NCBI GenBank assembly: GCA_964458115.1
Contig: CAYWIC010000003.1
Span: 1,255 to 65,254 of the forward strand
Origin: an uncultured Anaerolineales bacterium
GTDB lineage: Bacteria > Chloroflexota > Anaerolineae > Anaerolineales > UBA11858
Direction of reading: 5' to 3'
DNA length: 64,000 bases
Both the position numbers and the translations under genes were made by a program. Under the pieces are notes generated by a model, which saw nothing but the letters and a program-made list of their open reading frames with translations, was not told the origin of the DNA and made no database searches. This document shows, piece after piece, positions 52,646-61,334 of this stretch (position 1 is its first letter; every line of letters starts with the position of its first letter).

Positions 52646-52662
52646 CCTAATAATCTAAGCTC

Positions 52663-53379
52663 ATGCCACAAACCATCCTCGTTGTAGATGACGACCCCCA
52701 AATTGCGCGTCTGGTGCGTGAATACCTGGAGCAAGCAGGCTACCACGTTCTTATGGCCTACGATGGCAATACCGCCATTCACAATGTTTATCAAAATAAA
52801 CCCGACCTCGTGATCTTAGACCTTGGCCTGCCAGACCGAGATGGATGGGATGTCACCCGCATTATCCGCAATGATGAAAGGGTGGCAACCATTCCCATTA
52901 TCATGCTAACGGCACGCGTAGATGATAGTGACAAAATCGTTGGACTGGAGCTTGGGGCGGATGACTACATCCCCAAGCCGTTCAATGCTCGTGAAGTTGT
53001 GGCCCGGGTGCGGGCGCTGCTGCGTCGCCAGGAATGGGACCAAAAACCATCAATACGTGCCATCCAACACGGGAACTTGAGACTCGACCCCGCCACGCAT
53101 GAATTAAGGGTCAGTGGCCGTCTTGTGGATCTAACACCTGCTGAATTCAAATTGCTGCAAACACTGATGGAAAACCCGCGCATAACCTTTCACCGCGAGG
53201 AATTGCTAGAAAAAGCCCTCGGCTATGGTTACGAGGGACTGGGCCGCACCCTGGATACGCATATAAAGAATCTCAGACAGAAAGTCGAACCAGACCCCAA
53301 GAACCCAACGTATATTCAAACTGTTTATCGTGTGGGTTATCGTTTTATTATCCCTGAAATGGAAGCAGGCACAGCATGA
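52663..53379 (+). CDS. OmpR/PhoB-family response regulator
   Basis: REC domain ILVVDDD...DLVILDLGLPDRDG...MLTA. wHTH domain LTPAEFKLLQTLM...IQTVYRVGYRF. Confidence 0.9.
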   Translation: MPQTILVVDDDPQIARLVREYLEQAGYHVLMAYDGNTAIHNVYQNKPDLVILDLGLPDRDGWDVTRIIRNDERVATIPIIMLTARVDDSDKIVGLELGADDYIPKPFNAREVVARVRALLRRQEWDQKPSIRAIQHGNLRLDPATHELRVSGRLVDLTPAEFKLLQTLMENPRITFHREELLEKALGYGYEGLGRTLDTHIKNLRQKVEPDPKNPTYIQTVYRVGYRFIIPEMEAGTA

Positions 53380-54431
53380 ATCGTTTGTGGGTTCGTATGG
53401 GTTTTATCGTTGGAATTGTGCTGGTGATGGTCATTACCGTACCTACAATGTTCTTCTATTTCTCGGCTGAACGTCAGGAATTGGAAGAGTATTATTTTGC
53501 AGACACGGACATAACTTTGGAACAAGCTATTTTTGAAGAATTTGTTTCAAATATTATTTTCGGTGCGTTCATTGGCCTGATCGCTGGTTTGTTGGTAAGT
53601 CGAAGTCTGAGGCAATCATTTATTAAATTGCTCGCCGCTACCAGATCCATCGACTACGAAAATCTCAGTCATCGCGTCGAAGTAGAGGGGGTAAAAGAGT
53701 TCGAAGAATTGGCCGCTTCCTTCAACTTGATGATCGATAAACTTGAACAAGCACATCAGGAGCGGCGCAATTTGCTGGCCGATGTCTCCCACGAATTACT
53801 CACGCCATTGACCGTGTTGGAAGGCAATCTACGCGCCCTGCTGGATGGTGTCTACGAAACTACGGATGAGGAAATCAGCTACCTCTACGACCAGACTCAC
53901 CACCTGATCCGGCTGGTCAAAGATTTACGCCAACTGGCTCAGGCCGAAGCGCACCAACTTCCCATTGAGAAACAATCCGTGGATATCCGCGAGTTCACCC
54001 AGGATATTGTCACACTGTTCGAGCCTCTGTGCGCCGAGAAGAGTATCTCGCTAGAAGTCACATATTCCGAAGAACTGTTTAAGGCATACATAGACCCCGG
54101 CCGTATTCGACAGGTAATTAGCAATCTCCTGACCAACGCGATCCGCCATACGCCCATGGGAGGTAAGATCAGTTTGATATGGGGCGTTGAAGAGCAGGAT
54201 ATTACATTAGCCGTACAGGATTCTGGCGAGGGAATGACCCCAGAAGAAGCCGCCTCGATCTTCACGCGTTTTTACCGCAGCGATAATGCTCAACGGCGTG
54301 ACGCCGGCGGCACTGGGTTAGGATTGGCGATTGTGAAGGGAATTGTGGAATCCCATGGCGGGTATGTTATGGCACACAGCGAGGGGGCCCATCGGGGGAG
54401 TTGCTTTACGATCTCAATACCAAATGCGTAA
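53376..54431 (+). CDS. Sensor histidine kinase (TM-HAMP-HisKA-HATPase)
   Basis: ATGA overlap with the RR gene. H-box LADVSHELLTPLT, N-box LLTNAIRHT, G-boxes DSGEGM and GTGLGLAIV. Confidence 0.9.
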   Translation: MNRLWVRMGFIVGIVLVMVITVPTMFFYFSAERQELEEYYFADTDITLEQAIFEEFVSNIIFGAFIGLIAGLLVSRSLRQSFIKLLAATRSIDYENLSHRVEVEGVKEFEELAASFNLMIDKLEQAHQERRNLLADVSHELLTPLTVLEGNLRALLDGVYETTDEEISYLYDQTHHLIRLVKDLRQLAQAEAHQLPIEKQSVDIREFTQDIVTLFEPLCAEKSISLEVTYSEELFKAYIDPGRIRQVISNLLTNAIRHTPMGGKISLIWGVEEQDITLAVQDSGEGMTPEEAASIFTRFYRSDNAQRRDAGGTGLGLAIVKGIVESHGGYVMAHSEGAHRGSCFTISIPNA

Positions 54432-54494
54432 AATATTGCGCCGTTATGGCTACGCCCCCACAGAGTCAATTCATCCACCAGATTGGTACGTTAG

Positions 54495-55778
54495 TTAATC
54501 CCCTGGGATCGGTGCCACCGCGGAGCGACGTTGGTGTCGGATGAAGAACCTCCAATATAGAGACACAGCCACCGCATAGAGCGAGATCGCTATCGCAAAG
54601 GGCGGACCGAAGCCGTAGTGAACCTGCAAATAACCGCTGATCGTTGGGCTGAAGGATCGCCCAAAACTCCACACCAGGCTTACCAGGCTGGCCACCGTCG
54701 CCCGGGCAGAAGCGTCCACCTGCTCCATCACGAAGGTTTGGTAGATCGGGTTGCTCATATTCATCAGCGCCATTCGCACGTAGTAAGCCCCGGCGCTGAC
54801 GCCGAAGACGGGAGCGAAACCTAACATGATCATGAAAGGAATCGACAACCCCTGGGTGATCACCACAAGGCGGATTTTTCCGATGCGGTCGGCGATTGGA
54901 GGTGCGATCATCAGCCCGATCCCCATGGCCAGCGATCCCCAGGCAAATAGAGTTCCGATCACCTGGTCAGTCTGGTTGTGCACCACGCGGAAGAATACAT
55001 TCATGAAAGGCATGAACATCCCCGCCCCAATCGAAATCAACACCGAAGGGAATAACAACTTGCCCAATAATTTTGGCTGCCTGAGCGCATACTGAATTGG
55101 GGCAAATTTCGTCGAGTCATCCCCTGTTGATCGCTGCTCGGGGCGCACAAAAACCATCGGGGCAAACCCGGCCAATGCAATCAAAGCCACTGCCAGCAGA
55201 GCGAACCCATAGGCCGAACTGCTCGTCGGGTCAAAACCACTGATTCCCGACACCCAGGTTGGCAAGTAGCCACCCAGCCAGCTCCCCACAAACACGGCCC
55301 CCATGCGGAAACCTGAACTCAAGCTGAAGAGATATGTCCTTTCTTCCTCACCGCTATTTTCCATTAAAAACGGCGCTTGAGCTACCGCAGAAATCCCCTG
55401 CACGATCCCAAATACGGCATTCATGGCGTAGAACATCACCACAGACGGCCACAATGCCATGAAAGCAACCGACATCCCCAACAGGACACTCCGTGCCATC
55501 AGCACCGATTTTCGTCCTACTCGATCAACCAGGTACCCCAGGGGCAAGGATAGGATCAACGCCGTGAACTGGTGAGTGGTGATCAGGTTCCCCAATAAGG
55601 CTTCATCATATCCCAGGCTGAGCACGTAGAAGTTGAAAAGCAGCCGGTACACACCCATCGCCACCCCGGTAGCCAGCACACTGACCAAATAAAGGCGCGC
55701 ATTCGGCCGAAACCTACGCACTCGACGCGCGTACTCACCCATTGCATTTTTTGATTTTTTGATGATCTGCAAGGCCAT
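54495..55778 (-). CDS. MFS transporter (paralogue of the upstream gene)
   Basis: 12 TM-type profile and GYLVDRVGRK loop. Start trimmed to ATG 55778 (MALQIIKKSKN), 2 nt after the upstream stop. Confidence 0.85.
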   Translation of the reverse strand: MALQIIKKSKNAMGEYARRVRRFRPNARLYLVSVLATGVAMGVYRLLFNFYVLSLGYDEALLGNLITTHQFTALILSLPLGYLVDRVGRKSVLMARSVLLGMSVAFMALWPSVVMFYAMNAVFGIVQGISAVAQAPFLMENSGEEERTYLFSLSSGFRMGAVFVGSWLGGYLPTWVSGISGFDPTSSSAYGFALLAVALIALAGFAPMVFVRPEQRSTGDDSTKFAPIQYALRQPKLLGKLLFPSVLISIGAGMFMPFMNVFFRVVHNQTDQVIGTLFAWGSLAMGIGLMIAPPIADRIGKIRLVVITQGLSIPFMIMLGFAPVFGVSAGAYYVRMALMNMSNPIYQTFVMEQVDASARATVASLVSLVWSFGRSFSPTISGYLQVHYGFGPPFAIAISLYAVAVSLYWRFFIRHQRRSAVAPIPGD

Positions 55779-55780
55779 AT

Positions 55781-57067
55781 TTAGCTCGAGGAACTGCTCA
55801 CGGTTTCGGGAGCACAGACAGATGGTTCGCGCAAGAAGAAGACCCAATACATGCTTATGGCAATCGTGTACAGTATTATCGTCCCAATGAATGATGGCCC
55901 AAAGCCGTATTTCACTTGCAGGGAGCCACTGATCGTTGGGCTAAATGCCCACCCAAAACTCCAGGCCATACTGGTCAAGCTGGCTACGGTTGCGCGGGCT
56001 GATGAGTCAACCTGCTCCATCACAAACGCCTGGTAGATAGGCGTGCTCATATTCATCAACCCCAAGCGAACATAATATGCTCCAGCGCTCAACCAGAACC
56101 AGGGTGAGAATCCAAGCAACGCCAAGAATGGCACCGATAATCCCTGCGTTACCACCACAAATTGGATTTTGCCCATGCGGTCTGCCAAAGCTGGTGCCAG
56201 CAAGAATCCGATCCCCATAGCCAGTGATCCCCAAGCAAACAAGGTACCGATCACCGGGTCAGGCTGCTTGTGCACCACCCTGAAAAAGACATTCATAAAG
56301 GGCATGATCAAACCCGCACCAATCGATGTGATCAGCAGTGGCACAACAAGCTTCCCTAACATAGCCGGATGCTCGGCGGCATACTTCAGTGGGGCAAACA
56401 CAGAACGCTGCTCGCTTTCAAGGCGCTGGCGGCGTAAGAACATCAGTGGAGTGATCCCCAGGGTGAAGGAAATCGCCACAACGACCAGCGACCAACCATA
56501 GGCTACACTATCCGTTGCTGAGACATTCTGCCAGGAACCCATCCACCCAGGCAGATATCCACCGACCCAGTTGCCAGCAAATGCTGATAGCATCTGCAAA
56601 CCCTGGCCGAAACTGAATAGGTAGGCACGCTCCTCTTCTCCGCTGTTCTCCACTAGGAAGGGAGCCATGGTGATACCCCACAGGCTTTGAGCGATCCCAG
56701 ATAAAATGTTCATGGCATAGAACATCGGTTCGGTTGGAAATATCACGAGCCCAAAGACAGAGAGCCCAATGAATACTCCACCCAAAACCAAAGAAAACTT
56801 CCTACCGATCAAATCGGCCAGATAGCCCATAGGCAACGCCGCGATCAGCGCAGTAAAACTGGACGTCGTGATTAAACGTCCCAACAAAGCCTCATCAAAA
56901 CCAAGACTGAGCGCATAGAAATTGAACAGCAATCGATAAACCCCCATCGAGATCCCGGTAATGATCACATTAACTAAATACAAACGGGCATTGGGTCGAA
57001 AAGCCCGCAAACGAGCCCCATAGTCTCGAAGGGTGGTGCCCATCGAGTCAAACCAAGTTGTTGACAT
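55781..57067 (-). CDS. MFS transporter
   Basis: GYLADLIGRK loop. Alignable along its length with 54495-55778 (e.g. RLLFNFYALSLGFDEALLG / RLLFNFYVLSLGYDEALLG). Confidence 0.85.
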   Translation of the reverse strand: MSTTWFDSMGTTLRDYGARLRAFRPNARLYLVNVIITGISMGVYRLLFNFYALSLGFDEALLGRLITTSSFTALIAALPMGYLADLIGRKFSLVLGGVFIGLSVFGLVIFPTEPMFYAMNILSGIAQSLWGITMAPFLVENSGEEERAYLFSFGQGLQMLSAFAGNWVGGYLPGWMGSWQNVSATDSVAYGWSLVVVAISFTLGITPLMFLRRQRLESEQRSVFAPLKYAAEHPAMLGKLVVPLLITSIGAGLIMPFMNVFFRVVHKQPDPVIGTLFAWGSLAMGIGFLLAPALADRMGKIQFVVVTQGLSVPFLALLGFSPWFWLSAGAYYVRLGLMNMSTPIYQAFVMEQVDSSARATVASLTSMAWSFGWAFSPTISGSLQVKYGFGPSFIGTIILYTIAISMYWVFFLREPSVCAPETVSSSSS

Positions 57068-57076
57068 CTTATTCCT

Positions 57077-58141
57077 CTAGTTATCTTCCAAATCCCCGCC
57101 CAAAAACTCTTCCAACGTGGAAAACATCCCAGTTATCGCTTCAAACCGAGTTGTATATTGCATTCTTTTTTTCTCGCCCAGGGTGAGAAACACCAATCCT
57201 GCCAGACGCAAGGCGCTAAGATGGTGGGTTACTGTTGGCGCCCGCAGCCGCAGCCGGCGTGCCAATTGTGCAGGCGACATAGTCTCTTGCGAGAGATACC
57301 GCAATATCCGCAGTCGGGTTGGATCAGCCAATGTTTTCAACGTACGCAACATACTATCCGGAACGTGCGCTCCAGGGACAAGCGAATCATCCTCAGGTCT
57401 CGCACCAAACAAGAACAGATGGCTTTCGTCACCCTCAAGAGGTTGATCGACCACCAGGGGCGTGATCCAATAGGAAGGCACCATCACCAATTCCGCTACA
57501 TCCATGCCCTCCGCGAAGCGAACCCCATGGGATACTCTTTCGATGAAATTATCCAACGTCAATTCATCAGCCCACTGCTGCGCATTGTGTAGAGCAGATT
57601 CCAAGGCTGGCTGAATACGTTCCTCTTCTTCAGCAAAGAATGCTTCCCGATACACCTGCATCGCAGAAAGATATCGTTCTCCAAATGCAGATAGATCCGA
57701 CCAAATTTCAAGGATGTTCTCGATTTTCTTTGTGGGGATGGTTGCTTTATATTGTTTATACTCTTCCCTGAGCTGATCCTGATCATCAGGGCCCCAGCCC
57801 CCGCGCTGCGCTACATTCTGAAGGTGCTCTAATACGTTTGCCGGCATTCCTGACGATTTCGACAGAGCGGGCAAACGTTCTTCGGGAGCCATTTGTCGCA
57901 AACGTCTAACCACAGATGCGCTGTCCTTCGTATCCTGAAGGCTATAAACCCAGCTCAGGGGGAAAAGAACGACGGTTTGCGCTTGCTCCAGGACCTCACG
58001 ATCCTCAACTGGCAAACGAGATCGCACGCCAGCAGCCCAAGAGGGGCGTAACCCAAATTCGTCCGGTTCATGCAAAATATACAGGCTAACGAAAAAATCG
58101 TAGCCTGTGCCTCTATCCCAAGATATTGTTGTTGTATTCAT
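57077..58141 (-). CDS. ArsR/SmtB-family wHTH regulator with ~250-aa N-terminal domain
   Basis: C-terminus LKTLADPTRLRILRYLSQETMSPAQLARRLRLRAPTVTHHLSALRLAGLV. The N-terminal domain is uncharacterised (possibly DUF5937-like, from memory). Confidence 0.85.
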   Translation of the reverse strand: MNTTTISWDRGTGYDFFVSLYILHEPDEFGLRPSWAAGVRSRLPVEDREVLEQAQTVVLFPLSWVYSLQDTKDSASVVRRLRQMAPEERLPALSKSSGMPANVLEHLQNVAQRGGWGPDDQDQLREEYKQYKATIPTKKIENILEIWSDLSAFGERYLSAMQVYREAFFAEEEERIQPALESALHNAQQWADELTLDNFIERVSHGVRFAEGMDVAELVMVPSYWITPLVVDQPLEGDESHLFLFGARPEDDSLVPGAHVPDSMLRTLKTLADPTRLRILRYLSQETMSPAQLARRLRLRAPTVTHHLSALRLAGLVFLTLGEKKRMQYTTRFEAITGMFSTLEEFLGGDLEDN

Positions 58142-58155
58142 GTAGACACTTCACA

Positions 58156-58177
58156 ATGTTAGATATATATCTAACAT
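58156..58177. promoter_or_regulatory. Perfect 22-bp palindrome 15 nt upstream of the ArsR-family gene (candidate operator)
   Basis: ATGTTAGATAT|ATATCTAACAT. Confidence 0.6.
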
Positions 58178-58431
58178 AATGGACATTATACTCCACTGCA
58201 TAGGTTGTGTCAATTAATGTGCGCATGCCAGAAAATTCCGCGCAAAGAATAGACAACGAAAAAACCGGGTTGATCACTCGGCTTTTCTTAGATCTTTTAT
58301 TTTATTTAGGAGTTTCACACTTGAAGCGTAGTGTTTCGGAAATAGGAGGTGGGAGCTTCGTTCCCACCCCCTTTTTCTGACAATTTCCTGGCCGAAATGA
58401 GTAAGACCAAAAATTTATTAGCCATCTCTAT

Positions 58432-59568
58432 TTATGGAGTTATTCTAAACATCTCAGTGCCTGTAAGGTCTTCAAATCCATGGGATCGTGAAGCACCAAA
58501 ATTTTGGCAAGCCGCCCCATCGCTGCATATCTTATAGGTGATTGCATAATCACCGGCCGGATAAGGTTCACTCGTTGAGTTGCAGTTACAGATGCAAAAT
58601 CCAGGTGGTAAACCATCAGAACCATATTCACCCATCCATTCATCTGTATCATCGTTGATAAGTTGGATTGTAGATATGTAATCAGTTGTATCGTTACAAA
58701 AACAAATCAAATACCTTGACTCAGGTGAGGGTGTGGGGGTGGGTGTAGGCAAAGGCGGGGGCACATAAACCGTTAATTGGTCAGTATCCCCGCTAACCAC
58801 GGCATAATACCCCCATAACCAGCATTCGCGCCCGACATTTGGCTCAAAGATGATCCAATAGTTCGAGTCTGGGTACTTGCCCACGATTTCGGCCGTTTCG
58901 CCCACTCTTAATGCGCCGATAATATCATAAGCCTTACCCGGCCCTACACGGCAGTTGGTGTTGGTGGTAACAGAAACCACAGGTACACCGGTCACCTCAC
59001 TTGCAGCAGACACGGTCACATCATACTCCCAGTTTAATTCGCCAGCAGGATAATCTCCCCAACCATCATTAATTTCTTCATCAAAGGAAAGCGCATATTT
59101 GATGTTATGCTCACCTTGAGGCCAATTACTGAGCAGTCCGCGATATCCATGACATACCATTCGTTGCCCACTTTCATCGAAATCTACCTCTTCGAAATTG
59201 TGTAGGCTGGATACAACATCAAGCCCATTGACTTCGAATGCAAAGTGAATGTGGCCCAGATTTTGGTGGAGAATGGTTTCCGTCTTGGTGCACCAGCGGT
59301 TGACCATGCTCACTTCCCCATTCGATGCAATATCAATTTCATATATTCCAGGCCCGCGATAGCTATTCGCCAGACTGGTAAGGGTGGGCACATCCGTTAC
59401 ACTTTCAATCAAAGGCTCTATCCTGGGATTCGGTGTATCAACCCTTTGGTCAGGGAAAGCATAAACAGATCCCACTCCCAGTAGTAACAAGACAAGAACA
59501 CCCATTGCCAGAAAAAATCCCCATTTCGATCTCTTCACCATTCTATGGAATTCGATGTTGCCTATCAC
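58432..59568 (-). CDS. Membrane-anchored extracytoplasmic protein with bacterial SH3 domain and Cys-rich C-terminal module
   Basis: TM WGFFLAMGVLVLLLLGVGSVYA. SH3b-like NCRVGPGKAYDIIGALRVGETAEIVGKYPDSNYWII. PPPLPTPTPTPSP linker. C-terminus has 8 Cys (CFCND...CICNCNS...CSDGAAC). Start GTG 59568 (GGAGGtggttGTG); ATG 59541 is an alternative. Confidence 0.75.
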   Translation of the reverse strand: MIGNIEFHRMVKRSKWGFFLAMGVLVLLLLGVGSVYAFPDQRVDTPNPRIEPLIESVTDVPTLTSLANSYRGPGIYEIDIASNGEVSMVNRWCTKTETILHQNLGHIHFAFEVNGLDVVSSLHNFEEVDFDESGQRMVCHGYRGLLSNWPQGEHNIKYALSFDEEINDGWGDYPAGELNWEYDVTVSAASEVTGVPVVSVTTNTNCRVGPGKAYDIIGALRVGETAEIVGKYPDSNYWIIFEPNVGRECWLWGYYAVVSGDTDQLTVYVPPPLPTPTPTPSPESRYLICFCNDTTDYISTIQLINDDTDEWMGEYGSDGLPPGFCICNCNSTSEPYPAGDYAITYKICSDGAACQNFGASRSHGFEDLTGTEMFRITP

Positions 59569-59732
59569 AACCACCTCCAGGAAAACGAAAAACTGAGAAT
59601 TTCAACGATGATTTTTAGAATACCACAATAAAATCTGACACACAATTCAATTTCCTTTCATTATCTCATCCCCTGAAAATCTATATATTGGGGCATTGCG
59701 AACGAAGGGGTCACAAATTTACAACGTAAATC

Positions 59733-59782
59733 TGTGGATAACTCGCCAAAAACTGTGGAAAACTGCCTCGAATTGTTGAAAA
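59733..59782. repeat. Three phased (21/20-bp) direct repeats with DnaA-box-like core TGTGGAWAACT
   Basis: TGTGGATAA (59733-59741, perfect complement of TTATCCACA), TGTGGAAAA (59754-59762) and TGTTGAAAA (59774-59782). Further degenerate boxes at 59863, 59894 and 59910. Confidence 0.5.
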
Positions 59783-60105
59783 CTCGTTCTAGTAATACAA
59801 ATCTCTAAATCCAGCCACCCCTATATATGGGATGTGCTTATAGTCCATACCCAAATACAAAGCCATCCACAATGGGGTCAAACACCTCGCGATCTATCCA
59901 CGCATACACTGGGGATAAACACTCTGAAATAAAGTCCTTTATCTGGTTTGAATATTTCAAAGCCCCCAACATATAGGGGCATTTTTGGAACAAATACTGT
60001 TCATCCACATATCCCCAGGCCCTACTAAGATTACTGTTAAATATTCTTATGATACACTGTGAGGGAAAATAATGATAACTTCCCACAACAGAAACTGGAA
60101 ACCTA

Positions 60106-60483
60106 ATGACTAAGATTTACCAACATCGTTTAGCACTACCCGATAAACAAATCGGACGCATCGATCAGGATACAGGTAATGTATATGAGACCCGCATAGG
60201 CCTGGATAAAAAAATCGGTCGAGTTGATTTTAATACTGGCAAAGTGTACAAGCGTTTGCTTGGGCCTGATGATTATATCGGTGGCGTTGATTTGGACAAT
60301 GGCCGTATCTATCTCCAACGCTTCGGCCCGGATGATTACATTGGACGAGTGGAGCCAGACGGCAAGCTCTATCGTCACATCCCCCTGGGGCTGGATGAAT
60401 ATGTAGGCAAAGTCGAAGGAGAAGGCTTGCTCGTTTGTGGGGCAGCCGCTTTTCTACTGTTCTTTGCAAAGGAAGAAGATTGA
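60106..60483 (+). CDS. Small protein of ~5 tandem 21-aa repeats with hydrophobic C-terminal tail
   Basis: IGRIDQDTGNVYETRIGLDKK / IGRVDFNTGKVYKRLLGPDDY / IGGVDLDNGRIYLQRFGPDDY / IGRVEPDGKLYRHIPLGLDEY / VGKVEGEGLL, then VCGAAAFLLFFAKEED. Confidence 0.6.
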   Translation: MTKIYQHRLALPDKQIGRIDQDTGNVYETRIGLDKKIGRVDFNTGKVYKRLLGPDDYIGGVDLDNGRIYLQRFGPDDYIGRVEPDGKLYRHIPLGLDEYVGKVEGEGLLVCGAAAFLLFFAKEED

Positions 60484-60522
60484 TTCATGAATATCCCAGA
60501 AACATAAAAAGTTTCCGGGATA

Positions 60523-61284
60523 TTAGATGTTTCTGATTTGCAATTCCCTCACCTGTAGTTGCGCTCTACTTTCAAAAGGCAGTGTTCCATACGCCAGCCC
60601 ACCATCCGGAGGCAACGCGGCGTATTGGTTGTCGATCCACAATACAAACCCTAACGGAGAGAAGGGCGATACGGGAGTCTCGAAGATCAGATCACCATCC
60701 ACATCGAAACGGACCGTATCAATTTGCCAGTTCAGTCTGTAGTTATGCCATTGGGTGACATCAATGCTTATTCGGGCTGCATCTTGTTGGATGATTTTGC
60801 TGGTAACTCGCCGGAGCGACCGGGCAGTGTACTTCCAGATCAATAAAGGGAGCACAGGTACACCCAAGGCTAGGAGCGGCGATGGCCACGGTGATGAACG
60901 AAATGTTGCTGCTAGCAGACCATTGGCGGGGAGATCGTCTCGAAAGGAAAGGTAATTTTGTGGGGAAGCAAAGAAGAACCAGGCCGCGTTCGGCAAGGCT
61001 GGAAATCGGCGTGAACCACCGCCAAAGCCTAGCGACAAGCTGAAAGGGTCGTTCCAAAAGCCAAAGCCCCAAGTCCCCGGAATGTTGGGATCGGAGACAC
61101 GAGCCTGTAGAGATAAAGTAAGGGGAGGCCCCCAAGGGAATTCTCTACGTACTAAGCTCCCATAATCATCCAATTGAGCCAACCGATAGCGTCCTTTGGG
61201 GCCTGGGGGAATCTCTAGGTCCCACGCGCCAGCACCGAGGTCATTTATGTTTGAGCCAGGAGTGATGTTGGGGATCAGGTTCAT
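60523..61284 (-). CDS. Hypothetical protein, probable beta-sandwich (glucanase/lectin-like) fold with one hydrophobic insert
   Basis: GTWGFGFWNDPF...WHNYRLNW...VRFDVDG...GFVLWIDNQY is a jelly-roll-like pattern. No family assigned with confidence. Confidence 0.6.
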   Translation of the reverse strand: MNLIPNITPGSNINDLGAGAWDLEIPPGPKGRYRLAQLDDYGSLVRREFPWGPPLTLSLQARVSDPNIPGTWGFGFWNDPFSLSLGFGGGSRRFPALPNAAWFFFASPQNYLSFRDDLPANGLLAATFRSSPWPSPLLALGVPVLPLLIWKYTARSLRRVTSKIIQQDAARISIDVTQWHNYRLNWQIDTVRFDVDGDLIFETPVSPFSPLGFVLWIDNQYAALPPDGGLAYGTLPFESRAQLQVRELQIRNI

Positions 61285-61334
61285 TTCGTAATGGATCAGT
61301 TACCATCATTTCGTGACTGATCACTGAATACTGG

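Noticed and set aside
59590-59925. Calling this region oriC as a feature
   Set aside because: There is only one perfect DnaA box, no dnaA/dnaN nearby, and GC skew cannot be computed here. I kept it as a hypothesis in the findings only.
59838-60086. 82-aa minus-strand ORF in the AT-rich intergenic region
   Set aside because: It has a GTG start without an SD and no recognisable family, and it overlaps the degenerate DnaA-box-like sites. I left it uncalled, but it could be a real small protein.
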